From NCBI RefSeq assembly GCF_006345805.1, contig NC_043004.1:16306001-16370000 (forward strand): a stretch of DNA of 64,000 nucleotides, given 5' to 3'. Position 1 is the first letter of the stretch, and the number at the start of each line of letters is the position of its first letter. The DNA comes from Octopus sinensis (taxonomy: Eukaryota). The translations under genes and the position numbers were made by a program. This document shows, piece by piece, positions 39,400 to 53,604 of this stretch. The notes beneath the pieces are model-generated. The model did no database searches. It was given only the letters and a program-made list of their open reading frames with translations, and was not told the DNA's origin.

Positions 39400-39711
39400 C
39401 AGTTGTTCTCAACCGAGGTCCATATAAGACTTTTGGGGTTCACGCAACACAGTAGCAAATTGGAGATCTACAGCAGCATTTTAAGGGCCCCTGAATAAAT
39501 ATTGTTTTGGGTGTTTGTATTGTTATGTATAGCAAGAAATAGTTTAGTTTTCTTTCTATTTTGTTAAAGTGTGAAACAAAAAATCGTCATTTTGAAAGAA
39601 GCTTCTATAAAATTAGATTTTAAACAACGAATGGGTATGGCTCTCCACCAGTATACAATAGTAATCAAAGTGATCCACAGAGAAAAATAGGGCGGGAGAT
39701 GAGAACCCTTG
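39400..39711. mobile_element. hAT/Charlie-like MITE
   Basis: Ends CAGTTGTTCTCAACC and GATGAGAACCCTTG; candidate 8-bp TSD ATCTAAAG / CACTAAAC (5/8 match). Confidence 0.6.
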
Positions 39712-40194
39712 CACTAAACCATTAGAGCAGTAATATATATTTTTACGTATCGAAATGGACCTTCAGCACGAGACACAAGGCACCTATATTGCTTAGCACT
39801 TTATGGGTGCGTAACCATAAACCATAACAATTAACGTCCTAATATGTATACACACGCACATACATACATGTGCATGTTTATGTAGACACATACACACATA
39901 CGTACTTCATACATTCATACATACATACATACACAGGCATATATATATCTAGGGCGAATATTGCAACGCGTTCTGGCTAAATTTGCTTAATTCTTTTGCT
40001 TCCTTTCCTTCTGAAACATTCTCATTCATTGATGGAGAGTTGACAGCTTTGGGGAGTACAAAGTTTCGCACAGAGCATAAGCATGCTGACATCATGTCTG
40101 CTTCCCAATGTTCTGTGAACACTGTAAAATGCCTTAAGACGTCACAGACACATCATGTAAACCAAATACCTCCAAACTGTGATGATATTTTGCT

Positions 40195-40756
40195 GTACTT
40201 CTAGTGAAGGGACGTAATACTTACACTGCATTTTTCAACAGGGTTATGGGATTATGTTTATGATCAAACAATGACTGATGTGGGTTGCAGCTAGTAGGCC
40301 ATATATGTGGCAGAAGGATTCGGCTCCTTACTTTACCTCCAGAAACGGTTGTCGGAGAATGTTCACGATTTCACCAACCCCAATTTCAGGGTTCCTAATT
40401 CCCTCGATTGTAATTCCTAATTCTACGGATTACTCTACGTGAGTAATCCGTAGAATTACGTAGGAAGACATCAACTGCTCTTCCTGCAATACCAAGGCTG
40501 AGCTTGTGGCCAAGATCAGACACCTTTTCGGAGATCATCCCATGGGCAAAGCCAGGAAAGCACACGCCAGGTTCAACAGCTGTATTCAGGCAGATATGGA
40601 ATCGGAGGGCGGTTACTTTGAATAAACTGTTATCTCCCAGTCATAATCTCATTGATATTTTTAATATTTTTTAATAAATACTTTTATTTTTGGATGGGAT
40701 ATTTTATTTTATTTTCCTTTTATGAAAACTGTCAAATTTTGTTCGAACGCTCTGTA
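40195..40756 (+). mobile_element. maT-type transposon 3' part
   Basis: SEG.VI, AASRPYMWQKDSAPY, LQKRLSENVHDFTNP..PNSLDC, SSCNTKAELVAKIR...ESEGGYFE*; decayed terminal ...CTGTA at about 40752-40756. Confidence 0.82.
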
Positions 40757-41411
40757 ATTTAGAATATCCTGCGCCTACGACAAGCTCTGCTTTTTATCCT
40801 TTCAAATCGATAAATCCACATCATGAAAAGGAAACACATTTACATCGCTTGTGTATGAAGTGCAGCAAGTTCCATTTTAAGATATGAAAGCCATTCTGAC
40901 TAAGAAACGAAGAAATAACAGCGCGACATGAAGAACTGTTACACATGATCAGACAGAGAATATTGGAAAAAGAACTGCTTGCACAATCAACATAAGTTAC
41001 AGAATCAATAAAATTTGTGCTGGATGAAGTAAAGAGAAGAATTTTTCCTCCTCTGCTGAAATCTGAACTTATCAAAGAAAGATCATTAATTCCCTTTATA
41101 CTGTCCAATGAACAATGCAGTATCTATTTATATTATGTTTACATGAAAACTTTCCTCAAATATACCCCTTTATTTATTCATTGGTTGGTTTCTTCCACAT
41201 GTGAAAGAATACCAAACGCCACCGATTCTTCTGCAAATAACTATATAGAACAGATCTTTTCAAGAGCCTCTCCAATTATCTTAAGAGGTTAAATCAACAA
41301 ATACTAACTTATACCTTATCTCAATGGTGAGAAAAATTTAAGGTTTTATTATAGGTATTTCGAACAGGCAAACTCTGATCAGCCACGACATTAGTAAAAT
41401 TGTTCCGACTA

Positions 41412-41613
41412 CGAGGGGGTGCTAAAAAGTTTCTGTCTCTGGGTAAAAGAAAATACAGGAGATTCAGTTAATTATGGTTTTATTCAACATATTCCCCTTT
41501 CAGATTCACACATTACAGCGGTCCTCCTGCTTTTCTAAGAACTCGAAAATGTAGGCCTCCAATCAGGCCTTTTTCGACATCCTTCAAGCAAAGAACTTTT
41601 GAGCACCCTGTTC
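41412..41613 (-). mobile_element. Mariner-derived MITE
   Basis: TA-CGAGGGGGTGCTAAAAAGTT...AACTTTTGAGCACCC; retains the transposase tail CVNL.GEYVE* on the minus strand. Confidence 0.85.
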
Positions 41614-43701
41614 TATGACTATCCATGATTGTCTTCTGGTAAAATATCTATTGACCTACATTATCCACTGTATCATACATTTTTAAACAGTGACTGAGCC
41701 TTATTTGAGGGTAATTCAACTGCCAAATTATGCAGGCAGAAAAACCACATAAACTTTACAATTTTTTAGAGAGTGTGCTATCTTGAAGAATTACAAAACT
41801 CTTATTTCCGAATAGAGCAGATCTGAAAGCCGGTCTTGAGAAGTTCGCAGGCTAATAAAGAAAGCATAGGCTATCAGGTCATTCATCCTTACTTGATAAA
41901 CGCTTATAGATCTGTTCTCTATGTGCTGACACGCTAAGACATTGAATTACATTGCATTAAATTTTGTTGACAGAAAATCCATCCACCGTACATTGTTTCA
42001 GTACTCATGCAGGGCGATACACACATATCCATGGCCATCTACCAGGTACAAAGGAAAGTTTTAATGATTTGAATGGTCATCAGTACAACTTTTATGTCAT
42101 GTCTATTCGATTGATAATGTATGATACATGAATCTAAGCAAGCCAAATAAAAATCGGATGACATTTTTCTATTACCCCTGCAAGGTTCATGAAAAGGTCA
42201 ACCAATTAGTGAAAGTAAAAAGTGAAATCAAAGCGCTCCGAATTCGTTTCAATATAGCTTCCAGCAACGTGAAATGCATAGTTAGAACTAAAGGATATGC
42301 ACATCAAATCTACAAGTGAAGGAATTCTACTTCAAATTTGGATAATACCAGCTAACAATTTCATTTCGTGGATTATGGTTGTCTCTATGGAGTATATACA
42401 AATGATGCCAGCATAGGTACTCTGACTGAGGTCGGGTTTAATTTAGTAACGACTGTTTTCGTCTTATCAGTCCGGAAGAGAATGTAGTGAAAGATGTTTT
42501 TAATACGGTTGACACTAAGTTGAAGATTAAAAACAAATATGAATGAGATGTATGAACATTCTTAACTTTCTAGAGTAACAAAGTAGGGTTGATATAATAT
42601 CCAGAGAGAGATTTATTAGGTTCACGAGAAATATATTCGACAAACGATGTTACGTTATGTATCTGATACTTATGGACATGATGTGATGATATAAACAGTA
42701 CGTATTAAACAGTTAAAAAAAACTGATGTACCGATAGTATCCTTTAGGAGAAATGATGTTGAATGAGAATTTACTCAATGCCTAATGGACTGTTTCATAA
42801 TGATCAACCCAAAACAGTATGTCGTAAATGAAGTTGTCAATGATAGTGTTCCATCCCCAATAACACTTAAATCTTTAAGTTGTAATCGAGTTATTTATGA
42901 AGAACAAAATTAGTTTCAGCTTTCTGTTATTTCAAAGAACGTTAAACGTCCCTCAAACGAAGAAATAATCATGTAATATTTATAAAACTTCAAAGGCACC
43001 AGTAAAAAAACTGTGATTGCCGTTTTGCCTTACTAAGTTATTAGACAATCGTTCCTTCTGTCACACAAAAATATACGAATTGAGACCTTTTCCAACAGTA
43101 AAAAGAGTCAAATATCAAATAACAAACAAATATGCTTGACGGTTGCCTGTCTCCAAAAACGTTTATATGTGGTAATAAGAATTTTGGTATGCATATTTGT
43201 AAGCGTGTCCCGAAACATTATAAATCAATTCTGATCACGTTAAAATGATATTAAAGGAAACTGCCAGAGGTATACAAATATGTTTTTCTGACATTTCTGA
43301 TAGTATTTTAGTACATGCTATTTATGATAGGACAGATTATCTGGCTAGACGGTGAATATGGATTTAAGCCACGACATGGAATCATGCGTATATAGTGTAC
43401 GTAGAAGCAATAATACGTACATACATATTCTCTCTGCATTAACTTACAAAGAATAAATATATCTTTACAATATTAATATTAGTCTAAATACAGTTATATA
43501 ATTGTGAGTAATTCTACGTACAAGGAATATTTATGGAAAGACTATAACATCACTCCATATATTTTTGTCCGTTGTGTAAAATCGAAAACTACGTCAATTG
43601 AATGAATGTAATTTAGAATAGCTTTCTGTTTATACAAACGCACAAATATATGAGGATGTTGTCTTATAAACTATATGTGTGTGTATGTGCGTGTTTATGT
43701 A

Positions 43702-43745
<44 letters not shown>

Positions 43746-44551
43746 ATACATATATATGTTTGTGTGTATGTGTGTGTATGAAAATATAATCTTATAAGTA
43801 TTCGTTTCATTATATTTCTCTAGATAGAATATTAAACTTTATGATATCTGAGAATTGATAATTTGGTGACCAAAATAAATATAGTCGAATTGGATAGGAA
43901 ATATCATGTTGCCATATTCTGCCTGCAAGGTATATTCTCAAGGATGTGCAAAGCTGCTCCCTCTGCAAATTTTTTTTTCTATTGTATTATATATTATTAT
44001 ATATTTTTTTAAAAGCTAACTACTAACTATGGGAAACCATTCGAATGGTCTGTCTATTGGCTCAAAACCAGTTGTATTTTGCCATATTTTAATTTTCATA
44101 GGAATCATTAGATTCTATTCTTTTTTCTCCAATTTTTCTATTTCTCTTTATAATTCTGCACTGAAAATCTCTTTCAGAATATTTCCGCCATCTTTTTTAT
44201 TATATTGTTCTAGTTTTATAGATTATGTCTAGTCAATCAGAGCACAGATATCTCGAAATTCACATCATATATAAATACAAACACACATGTATATGAAAGG
44301 CAGAAGTACACATTATCATGCATACACGTGAATATATGTTCATACATATAGAGGCATAACTACATCCACAGACATTCAGTTATCCAGATGTACTCCCCAA
44401 TGTATAAACACATAAATGTGTGCGTGCACGCGCGTGTGAATCTATATGTGTTTATATGTGTGCGTACGCGTGTGTGTGTCTCTGTGTGTATTAATATATA
44501 TATATGTGTGTGTGTGCGTATGTGTACGTGTACACATATACGTACATACAA

Positions 44552-44620
<69 letters not shown>

Positions 44621-45319
44621 TAGAGTGATATATAGATATGAATGTATGCGTATGTATGCATTTTTTACGTATTCATGTATGTGTGTCTACATATGTTTGT
44701 ACACACTCTAAATAGAAAGCGAGATGATTACAGCGGGAAAGCCTTTGAAGTTCGATCAATCAGTTTGATCACATCTGATCTGGATCAAACTGGTCATGAA
44801 ATATTGAGCAGTGGTTTAGAATAGAACTTGTATCTCTGAATTAATTAACTGATATTTCACATTTTAGAACCATATTTGGTGTTTATTATCTGATTTACAT
44901 CATAACAGATGAAACATTGCAGACGTATCATAAACGTGTATGATTTCTGTAACCCAATAAAAACAACCACATTAATAGAGGGAGAATTCAGCTGTGTAAA
45001 TACTACATACATATGCTCTCACTCATGAAATCAACAGCAATGAAGAATCATTAATAACACACATTAATGTGCTAGGCAAAGATGATTTCGTTTATATATA
45101 TATGTGTGTGTGTGTGTGAGAGAGAAAGAGAGAGAGAGAGAGGGAGAGAGAGAGTGAATGTATGTATATATGTACATACTTGAGTATATATAGAGATAGA
45201 CAGATAGGTGAACATATACGTGTATATATATGATGTGAATTTCTAGAAATCGGTACTTTGATGCACTAGACACAATCTATAAAACCGAAACAATATAAGA
45301 GCGGATCGTGAAACAAAAT

Positions 45320-45369
<50 letters not shown>

Positions 45370-45386
45370 TATATGTATATATATAT

Positions 45387-45452
<66 letters not shown>

Positions 45453-45561
45453 AATCACCCCACATAACTTTATGGGTAATACCATAAAAAATTCTGGTGG
45501 ATCTAAATTAAGTACCATATTCATTTGAATCTAAATTGTTTTGTTGAACTTATATATATAT

Positions 45562-45596
<35 letters not shown>

Positions 45597-45879
45597 GGAT
45601 ATATGGTGACTGCCCCCTCATTATCGAGTATGGCCATTGCACGAAGCTTAATCAATGTTGTTATCGTGCAATGCCTGTGCAAGAAGATTATTTTTAAGTG
45701 ACGAAAGGCTGTGCACTGAGTCAATCCCACTCACTAAGCAACAGCATCCTTAATCAGAAAAGAAGAACAAGTCAACATCATCGGTAACCACTGAGCCGCA
45801 GGTTTTATGTCGGAGTTATCCCAGTTTCCTGAGTTACATTCTCCTACAAAGATGCCCTAACAAATTCTAGGAGTCCTTC

Positions 45880-46150
45880 ACTCCCAATGGTTTAACCGCG
45901 CGATCGGGTATTCAGTCCGATTATTTCTATGTCCACGCACATGATACATCCTTAAGATATTTATTGGATGGTCCTCAAGAGTTCCTCCGCTCTTTGACGG
46001 GTTTTGTTTTTCATACCGCAGGGTGTCCAATAAACCCCATCTTCACCAAGCAAGCTTGGTGGGGTAGCCGGTTTAGTCGCCGACGACCCGACCATGTAAC
46101 AGCTTGTACTGGGTTACATGTTGCCAGTAGCACTCGATAGTGACCTGACA
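45880..46150 (-). mobile_element. GC-richer structured interspersed repeat, possibly an RTE-type LINE 5' leader
   Basis: Hairpins CATGTAAC/GTTACATG, GTCG/CGAC and CCAAGC/GCTTGG; family assignment from memory only. Confidence 0.35.
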
Positions 46151-46196
46151 TAATATATTTATATATATATATTATTATTATTATTATCATTATTAT

Positions 46197-46254
<58 letters not shown>

Positions 46255-46416
46255 ATATATATATATATATTTAAATAATGAGGGAGATAAATTGAATATT
46301 AATTTAATTAATATCAATTTAAAACCAGTAGTCTAGCATACAAAAATCTGAAAAATCAGAGAAAATTCTATTACATGTGTATATTGAAAGGGCTATATAT
46401 ATATATATATATATAT

Positions 46417-46733
46417 ACAGGAGCATTCCGTCGGTTACGATCACACGGATCCCAGCTGATACAGAACAGATTGCTCGGGAAATTAACGTGCAAATGGCTG
46501 AGTACACCACAGATACGTATGCACTGAACCTAGTTCTCAGGGAGATTCAGCGTGACACATAGTTGACAAGACTGGCCCTTTGAAATACAGGGGCAACTTA
46601 TTTTTCCCAGCTGAGTGAACTGGAGCACCGTGAAATAAAGTGGCTTGCTCAAGGACACAACGCGTCGACGGGAATTGAACTTACAACCTTACGATCGTAA
46701 GCCGAATGCCCTAAACGCTAAGCTTGGCGCCTT
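46417..46733 (-). mobile_element. Octopus SINE family 3 (tRNA head, CORE-like GTGTCCTTGAGCAAG)
   Basis: Minus strand: GGCGCC..GCTTAG...GGTTGTAAGTTCAATTCCC...TGTGTCCTTGAGCAAGCCACTTTATTTCAC. Confidence 0.8.
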
Positions 46734-46744
46734 TACTATACATG

Positions 46745-46795
<51 letters not shown>

Positions 46796-47269
46796 ATAAC
46801 TACATATGTGTGTGCGTATGTATGTATGCATGCATGTCTATATGTATCATAATTATAGCCTGAAAGGATTTATTTTTGTAAACTTAATAAAGACATGCAT
46901 CAACATCAGCTGAGGAAAACTAATTTTAAAATAACGTTTTCAACAACTCAGTAGATCGTAATGTAATTATATCGTCTACTTGAATGAAATACACAATAAC
47001 TCCTGAAGCTATTGTATAAATTGCAAAATGTTAACACCTGTATTCATTTATTTGAATTCATCTGGCATTCATTTATTTGTGTATTGCTTTAACTTGCATG
47101 CCTTTGAACTCTTAATATCATGTGTTCATTACATAGTTTTCCGCCTCGTAATAACTAATTCTCATTGATACCAAATACTTAACAGGTCAAGAGACTTTTT
47201 TTAATACAATACTTAACAATCTAAGAAATATTGTATTCATACACGTAAATATTTCCTGCCTGTTATCCG

Positions 47270-47520
47270 AAAGAAATGGAGATGGATTGGACACACACTG
47301 CAGAAAGAACCCTCAAATGTGACATGACAAGCACTTGACTGGAACCCACAGGAGAAAAGGAAGCGAGAGCGTCCGAATCAGACATGTAATCAGAGCATTT
47401 TGGACGAGCTCAGGACAACCGGCCTGACATGGGAAGCAGCCAAGAAACACGCCAATGACCGCAAGAAGTGGAAAACAACTGTTGAGGACCTATGCTCTAC
47501 AAGGGGCAACAATGATTAAG
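47270..47520 (+). mobile_element. RTE-type LINE 3' end
   Basis: WRWIGHTL...ALDWNPQEKRKRERPNQT...LTWEAAKKHANDRKKWKTTVEDLCSTRGNND*. Confidence 0.85.
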
Positions 47521-48181
47521 GAGATCACTGTTCTACATTTTGTTATGTGCCCATTTTTGTTATCCAAACTGTAACATGCATGAAGCCGCATGAGAGCCAT
47601 TTAACATATGCGAGAGAAAAAGAAAAAAAGCAGTTTTTAAAGAAACCATATCTGCAGATATTAACTGCCATGAATGTATTTTAAGCTGAATTTCAGCGAT
47701 AGAATAAGTCTCTTAAACATGTACAGAGAAGTATATAACATACTATAAGAGAAGGCAAAGAGGTTTCACTGTTTGGGCATATAAGTGAAATGATTAGTGG
47801 TCAACATTTTTGAATGACTCCAGGGGTTTTATTATTGTGTATTTTGCTTAACAATATTTAAATAGTTCGAATACATGCAAAATCTATCTAGAAATATTTA
47901 TGCGGAGAACTTGGCGCGGCTTAAATAGTTCGTGTCTTTCAGTAAATTCATTTATCGACGTTCACGTTTATTCTGCATGAGATGCTTGCATGCTTGTTAT
48001 GGCATATTTATGCAAAAATAATGAATTTTTACTAACGTTGATCTTTATGTAATCACTAAATATTATACCTGATATATGCATAGAACAGATTACTTTTTAG
48101 AAATATGTTATGGTTCTATATATATATATAAAATCGTTTCAATGGGAAATAAACCTACGCATGCAAAGTGAAAGTGAAAGT

Positions 48182-48217
<36 letters not shown>

Positions 48218-48294
48218 CGGTAAAGAGTAATATAAATTATTCCCATTAACACAAACAATCTCTTATTCTACTTATACATGAATAAAACACGCAC

Positions 48295-48347
<53 letters not shown>

Positions 48348-48786
48348 AGAGAGAGGGAATGTGAGTATATGTGAAAGACAGAATGAGAATTCATTAAATT
48401 GAATTGAAAGCAATACCCAAATAGCTACGAATATATTTACCTTCCTTTTACATGACACCCACATCGAATAATTATTTGAATTGAAGAAAACATCACTACA
48501 TTGACGTAGCTTTATTCAGTCCTTCATTTGTTAATTATGAGCAATGCTCCTTCACATCTCATTCGATCCCATAATATGTAAGCTAGCTTTTAATAGATCA
48601 CTTGATTGTTTGCTAAAATTTAGTACTACCATTCATATTGATTGCTTTTTAGGAGAGGTATACATACGTTTCTATTTTCTGTGCTTCATCATTACTTTCC
48701 TAGACGGGATATATATATATATAAAAAGTCCAACTTAAAAATGTAAGCGTGGTTTACAAGGTGTGTTGCTTGTTTCATTGTTAATA

Positions 48787-48999
48787 ATGGTTTCGAGCTT
48801 TACCACCACAAGACCAGCAATTTCGGGGAATGGGGTAAGTGGATTACATTGACGCTAGTGTTCAACTGGTACTTATTTTATAGGCTCAGAAAAGTTGAAG
48901 GCAAAGTTGAGCTCGGCGGAATTTAATCTCAGAACGTAAAGACGGACGAAATACTGCATTTTGCCCGGCGTGCTAACAATTCCGCCAACTCGACGCCTT
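48787..48999 (-). mobile_element. Octopus SINE family 1
   Basis: Reverse complement of the head and core seen at 49228. Confidence 0.85.
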
Positions 49000-49227
49000 A
49001 TGTTTTATTCTAAATATTAGCAATCGTTACGTCAAGAAAATACCAAACTCTCCTCTGTGCAAACTTTGGATCGGCAAAACTGCTTACATCAACAGTATAC
49101 AAGTAAAAACTATACTATAGGAATATGTACATATATAAAAAAAAATTAAAGGAGTTACACTTATACGTATGCACACTTACATGTGTATGTGTGTGTAAGT
49201 GTGTGGGTATATATATATGTATATGAA

Positions 49228-49457
49228 AAGGCGGCGAGCAGGCAGAATCTTTAGCACGCCGGGATAAATGCTTAGCGGTAGTTCGTCTGCCGCTACGTTC
49301 TGACTTCAAATTCCGCCGAGGTCGACTTTGCCTTTCATCCTTTCGGGGTCGATTAAATAAGTACCAGTTACGCACTGGAGTCGATGTAATCGACTTAATA
49401 CCTATGTCTGTCTTTGTTTGTCTCCTCTATGTTTAGTCACTTGTGGGCAAAAAAGAA
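49228..49457 (+). mobile_element. Octopus SINE family 1
   Basis: AAGGCGGCGAGC...TTCAAATTCCGCCGAGGTCGACTTTGCCTTTCATCCTTTCGGGGTCGAT core (MetaSINE-like central domain, from memory). Confidence 0.92.
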
Positions 49458-49483
49458 TTATATATATATGATGTATATGTATA

Positions 49484-49700
49484 CGAGGGAGCGCCGAACA
49501 GTTCTTGGCTTTAAGGGTTTCACGAAGGACCTGGCTGGTGGCCCAATCTTCCGAGTTCTTTTACAAGTCTTAGAAAATCTGAATGGCCACTGCAATAGAT
49601 GTGTGAATCTGAGAGGGGAATACGTTGAATAAAATCATAATTAACTGATCCGTCTATATTTGCTTTTACCCAGAAACAGGAACTTTTTAGTACCTCTTCG
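49484..49700 (+). mobile_element. Mariner-derived MITE, same family as 41412
   Basis: TA-CGAGGGAGCG...AACTTTTTAGTACCTCTTCG; encodes GHCNRCVNLRGEYVE*. Confidence 0.85.
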
Positions 49701-50066
49701 TCCGTCTACGTGCATGCATATGTATTTATACCACATGTATATGGTATAAATACATCTTAGATCTCAGAACAGTTTTATATCGTGTATTCATAGACATGAA
49801 AACATTCGTTTCTGATTTTATTAAGCAAATACGTATTTTCAAAGACAGGGTATTACTTCACGTGCATAACTGTATTACAATGGTGCTCTTTAACATTTTT
49901 ACAACTACAAAGGATTATGGAGATGTTAAAGAAGGAACTATATGCATTTATCTACGAGCTAAAGATGTCTTACAGTGTTAGCATTATTTTTCGTTTCTGT
50001 AAGCCCAAAAGGGTGCAATACTTGAAAACATATTTATATAACTTCATATTATAATATACTATGTTA

Positions 50067-50260
50067 ATGCGACGAGCTGGAAAATTAGCAAGCGCTTCGG
50101 ACAAAATGTTTCGCACCATTTTTCGCTGCTATTTACGTTCTGAGTTCAAATTATACTGTGCTTTTCATCGTTGGGGTGCGACAAAATAAGTACCATTTAA
50201 AATATAGGGTCGAAGTAATAGATTTTCCCTACACTAAAATGCAGGCTTTGTCTCAAAGTT
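50067..50260 (+). mobile_element. Old diverged SINE family 1 copy
   Basis: GCGACGAGCTGG...ACGTTCTGAGTTCAAAT...AAAATAAGTACCA. Confidence 0.65.
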
Positions 50261-50761
50261 TTGAAAGACTTATAAGAGACCGGGTTATATTTTAATAGAA
50301 GTCAGCAAACACGAATAATGCAATAGTGTTTTCATCAAAGTATATTCAAACAGAACGAAACCGAACGTAGTCGAAATAATGAAATATTTGATTTAATTCG
50401 AAATATATTATGAGGAATAGTAACCTACGTGCCCTGTTCCTGATGCAGGATATAGTTACGAATCTTTTCTTCAGCGTGTATATAAATAACACAATCAATT
50501 TCTGAATGCGAATGAAATAATAGACTGATTCAATATTAAGATCGTATTTGGAATGCTAGCATTGTTGGAGGAGAGCAGTTGCATAAATGATATAAAGGTG
50601 CAGGCAAAAAATGGTAAATGAAATATCATTTGAACTCTGTGGAACTGGAAATGTGATGTCAGCTAAGCAATGTATTACGTTAGCATAAATCCATATGTAT
50701 ACGAATGTCCTTCCTCCGAATTCATACAACCGCTTGTGCATCTACACACACACGCGCGCAC

Positions 50762-50845
<84 letters not shown>

Positions 50846-52844
50846 TATATGTATATATATGTGTGCGCGTGTGTGTGCGCCATAACTCATTTCTCTACAA
50901 CATTAACTCGTTCTCAATATACACATACAAATATTATATGCATATATATATATATAATATTTATACTATCATATAAATAAATGCACACTCACACACACGC
51001 GCACACATACACATATATCTATACATTCATACATACATGCATTGATGCATACATACATACATACATATATATATAATATATATATGTGTGTGTGTATGTA
51101 TGTGCATATATATTGATATTATATACATTTTTGGCGTAAGTTTCTCGTAATTCGCATGCACAGAATTCAATCATGGTGCATAGATAGATGTAATATCTTC
51201 CATATTTTACTTCACATCACTTATTAAAAGAAAAATTTAGAAGTGAATAGAAAATTAAAACAAATGGTTGTTTACCTACATACCATCGAGTGACATGACC
51301 ATACCATATGTTCGCATGCTCACACACAAACACACACACACATACAGAGATAGAAAGAGAGAGCGAAAGAGAGGGAGTAGAGAAAAACAGGCAAGAATTA
51401 TTCAATAATGTCTAGACTTAATATATTTTGGGTGTAGTTACCGCATGATTAAACATACGTTTCTTAATATTTGAACAGAGGGACTCGGTAGAATCCGAAA
51501 GCACCGATGGACTTTCACGATAATGTGCATTCATTCAGAAGTAATGCAAGGGAAAACTATTCTGAATTTTGTCTAACAGAGATATAAAGATATGTCTTTA
51601 GAGATTAAGAAATTGTACTTCATAAAAATTTTAACGAATAATAGCAGATTATCCTAGTAACACAGTTGTTCTATCGCTTCCATGAATGACACATAACTTC
51701 TAATGGTTTTTCTGCGGAAGAGATGATATACTCTGATACATATCTCTAAGATAATTTCCAGCTATATTTTTTGCTAAAATAAATAATCATTCGAATGTTT
51801 AAATATGGCTCCCGTTTAAATATAGCTGGAAGCTTCCAAATGAGTAACTGTAGATATTTCTACATTGACCTAGATTTAGTTATGGTTTAAGCCGTGTTCA
51901 TTATCTACAATGTTATTTTGCATGTGTATATGTGTAACGCATTAGGTGAAGTGATGCAAGAGGGAGAGACGGGGGAGTGTTTAACAGAGGCGGATATTGG
52001 AGCAGTAAAATATTGTAGGCAAAGAAACGTTATTATGTTATGAGGAGATTTGTTGATTGGTGTAACAGAAATAGAGGGAGAGGAGAGCTTAACTCAAATA
52101 TGTTGGCAGTTGTATGAAGTAGGAAGAAGAGTATGTCATTTACATCCATAGATTTGAACATAACCATAAACCCATGTGTAATAAAGTTAGGAATAACTAG
52201 TTGCGCATATGTAATGTAATTAGGGATACCTGGTTGCACAATTTCGGGATTCGGAGGGCAATTTCAAATAGGAAACCAACACGAATTCTATAATAGAGTG
52301 GTCTCCGCTAAATGTAGCCTATCGTTTTATTAAATAATGCTACAGGTCTTATGAAAACGAAAGTAGTATATTATATTGATGTCGTTTTCTTAGAATTCAC
52401 ACCTTCGTGAAGCAGATACTTTACTTCGTTAACTGGGACTGTGAATTCAAGTTTATCCATTTGAACTTTTCTCTGCCTTGAGAAAAAGTAATATTGTGTA
52501 GTAATATTTTGTGAAGCTTTGCTCACACAGTCGTACATTAGCAAATTAATATTATTGATAGATTATGAAGTCGATATGGTTCCATATATAGGATTGTTTA
52601 CTTCGGTAGAGTGCACAATAATAAATTACAACTCTCATGTTAAAAGAGCTGACAAGTTTACAACTAAGAATAGAGATGTCTAAGAAGTTTCCTCATGAGT
52701 CTGCACATTCGGTGCTACCTTTATAGATTTTTACACAATCTCAACAAGAAATAGTTTTAGAAAAATACAATTACAAAAGAATTCTATATTTCCTGCTTCT
52801 CAACTAACTTTCAAACAATTTAATTTTCTTTCGAAATGATTGTA

Positions 52845-53018
52845 TAGTATTCTTTTCTACTCTAGGTACAAGGCCCGAAATTTTGGGGGAGGGTGCCAGT
52901 CGATTAAATCGACCGCATTACGCAACTGGTACTTAATTTATCGACCCCGAAACGATGAAAGGCAAAGTCGATCTCAGCAGAATTTGAACTCAGAACGAAA
53001 AGACAGACGAAATACCAA
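52845..53018 (-). mobile_element. SINE family 1, 5'-truncated
   Basis: Core ATCGACCCCGAAACGATGAAAGGCAAAGTCGA plus tail type 2. Confidence 0.85.
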
Positions 53019-53604
53019 TGTTTGTGTGATATTAACGAATACTGTTATAAATATACGTAACTGATTGCCGTATTATATGCAAATCATGCAAGTCAAGAGG
53101 GGACATTTAAGAGTCACTGTATACAATAAGAGAAAGACAGAGGGCATTTTCGCTGAAGATTGGAAAAGATATCTAGAAAATGTATGAAAGACGCCTGCTG
53201 TGTTCGGCTACTCTACATTAATAAGAGGCAATCACCTCAAAACTAGTCTGTGGATGCCATACCAGCAAGGGGAAGCTACCGACTTCCCCTGTTAGAAAGT
53301 TATAATGGACACATGTTTGTGTGTCACATAGCTAGCTAGAGGCGATGGCCTCCTGGAGTCTATCAACGGCAGCATTCGTCCTATTTTTTCTAGACTGCCA
53401 TGTTAGCTTGGAGATAACTATTAACATAATTAACTATTGTCCAGTTAAAAAAAAAAAATTTAATTAGGTGATATATAATCCTCGGTTATAATTTCAGAGC
53501 TAAAAGACTTTCAAATAAATAGATTTTTATATTTTTACATGTCTATATTATATATTATATAGACATATATGCCGACGTATATAATAATACATAGAGAGAT
53601 TAAA

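Noticed and set aside
46040-46150. Canonical HDV-like ribozyme
   Set aside because: P1 needs two wobbles plus a mismatch, and L3 would be 19 nt without the CC of P1.1; not a valid fold by hand.
46640-46733. tRNA gene calls for SINE heads (also 14960, 34553, 49228, 53789, 56904, 59950)
   Set aside because: They have A/B-box-like motifs but no complete cloverleaf and continue into SINE bodies.
49720-49755. 14-bp AT-rich hairpin (also the 14-bp inverted repeat at 51756-51831)
   Set aside because: Short and AT-rich; plausible by chance or local slippage in this composition.
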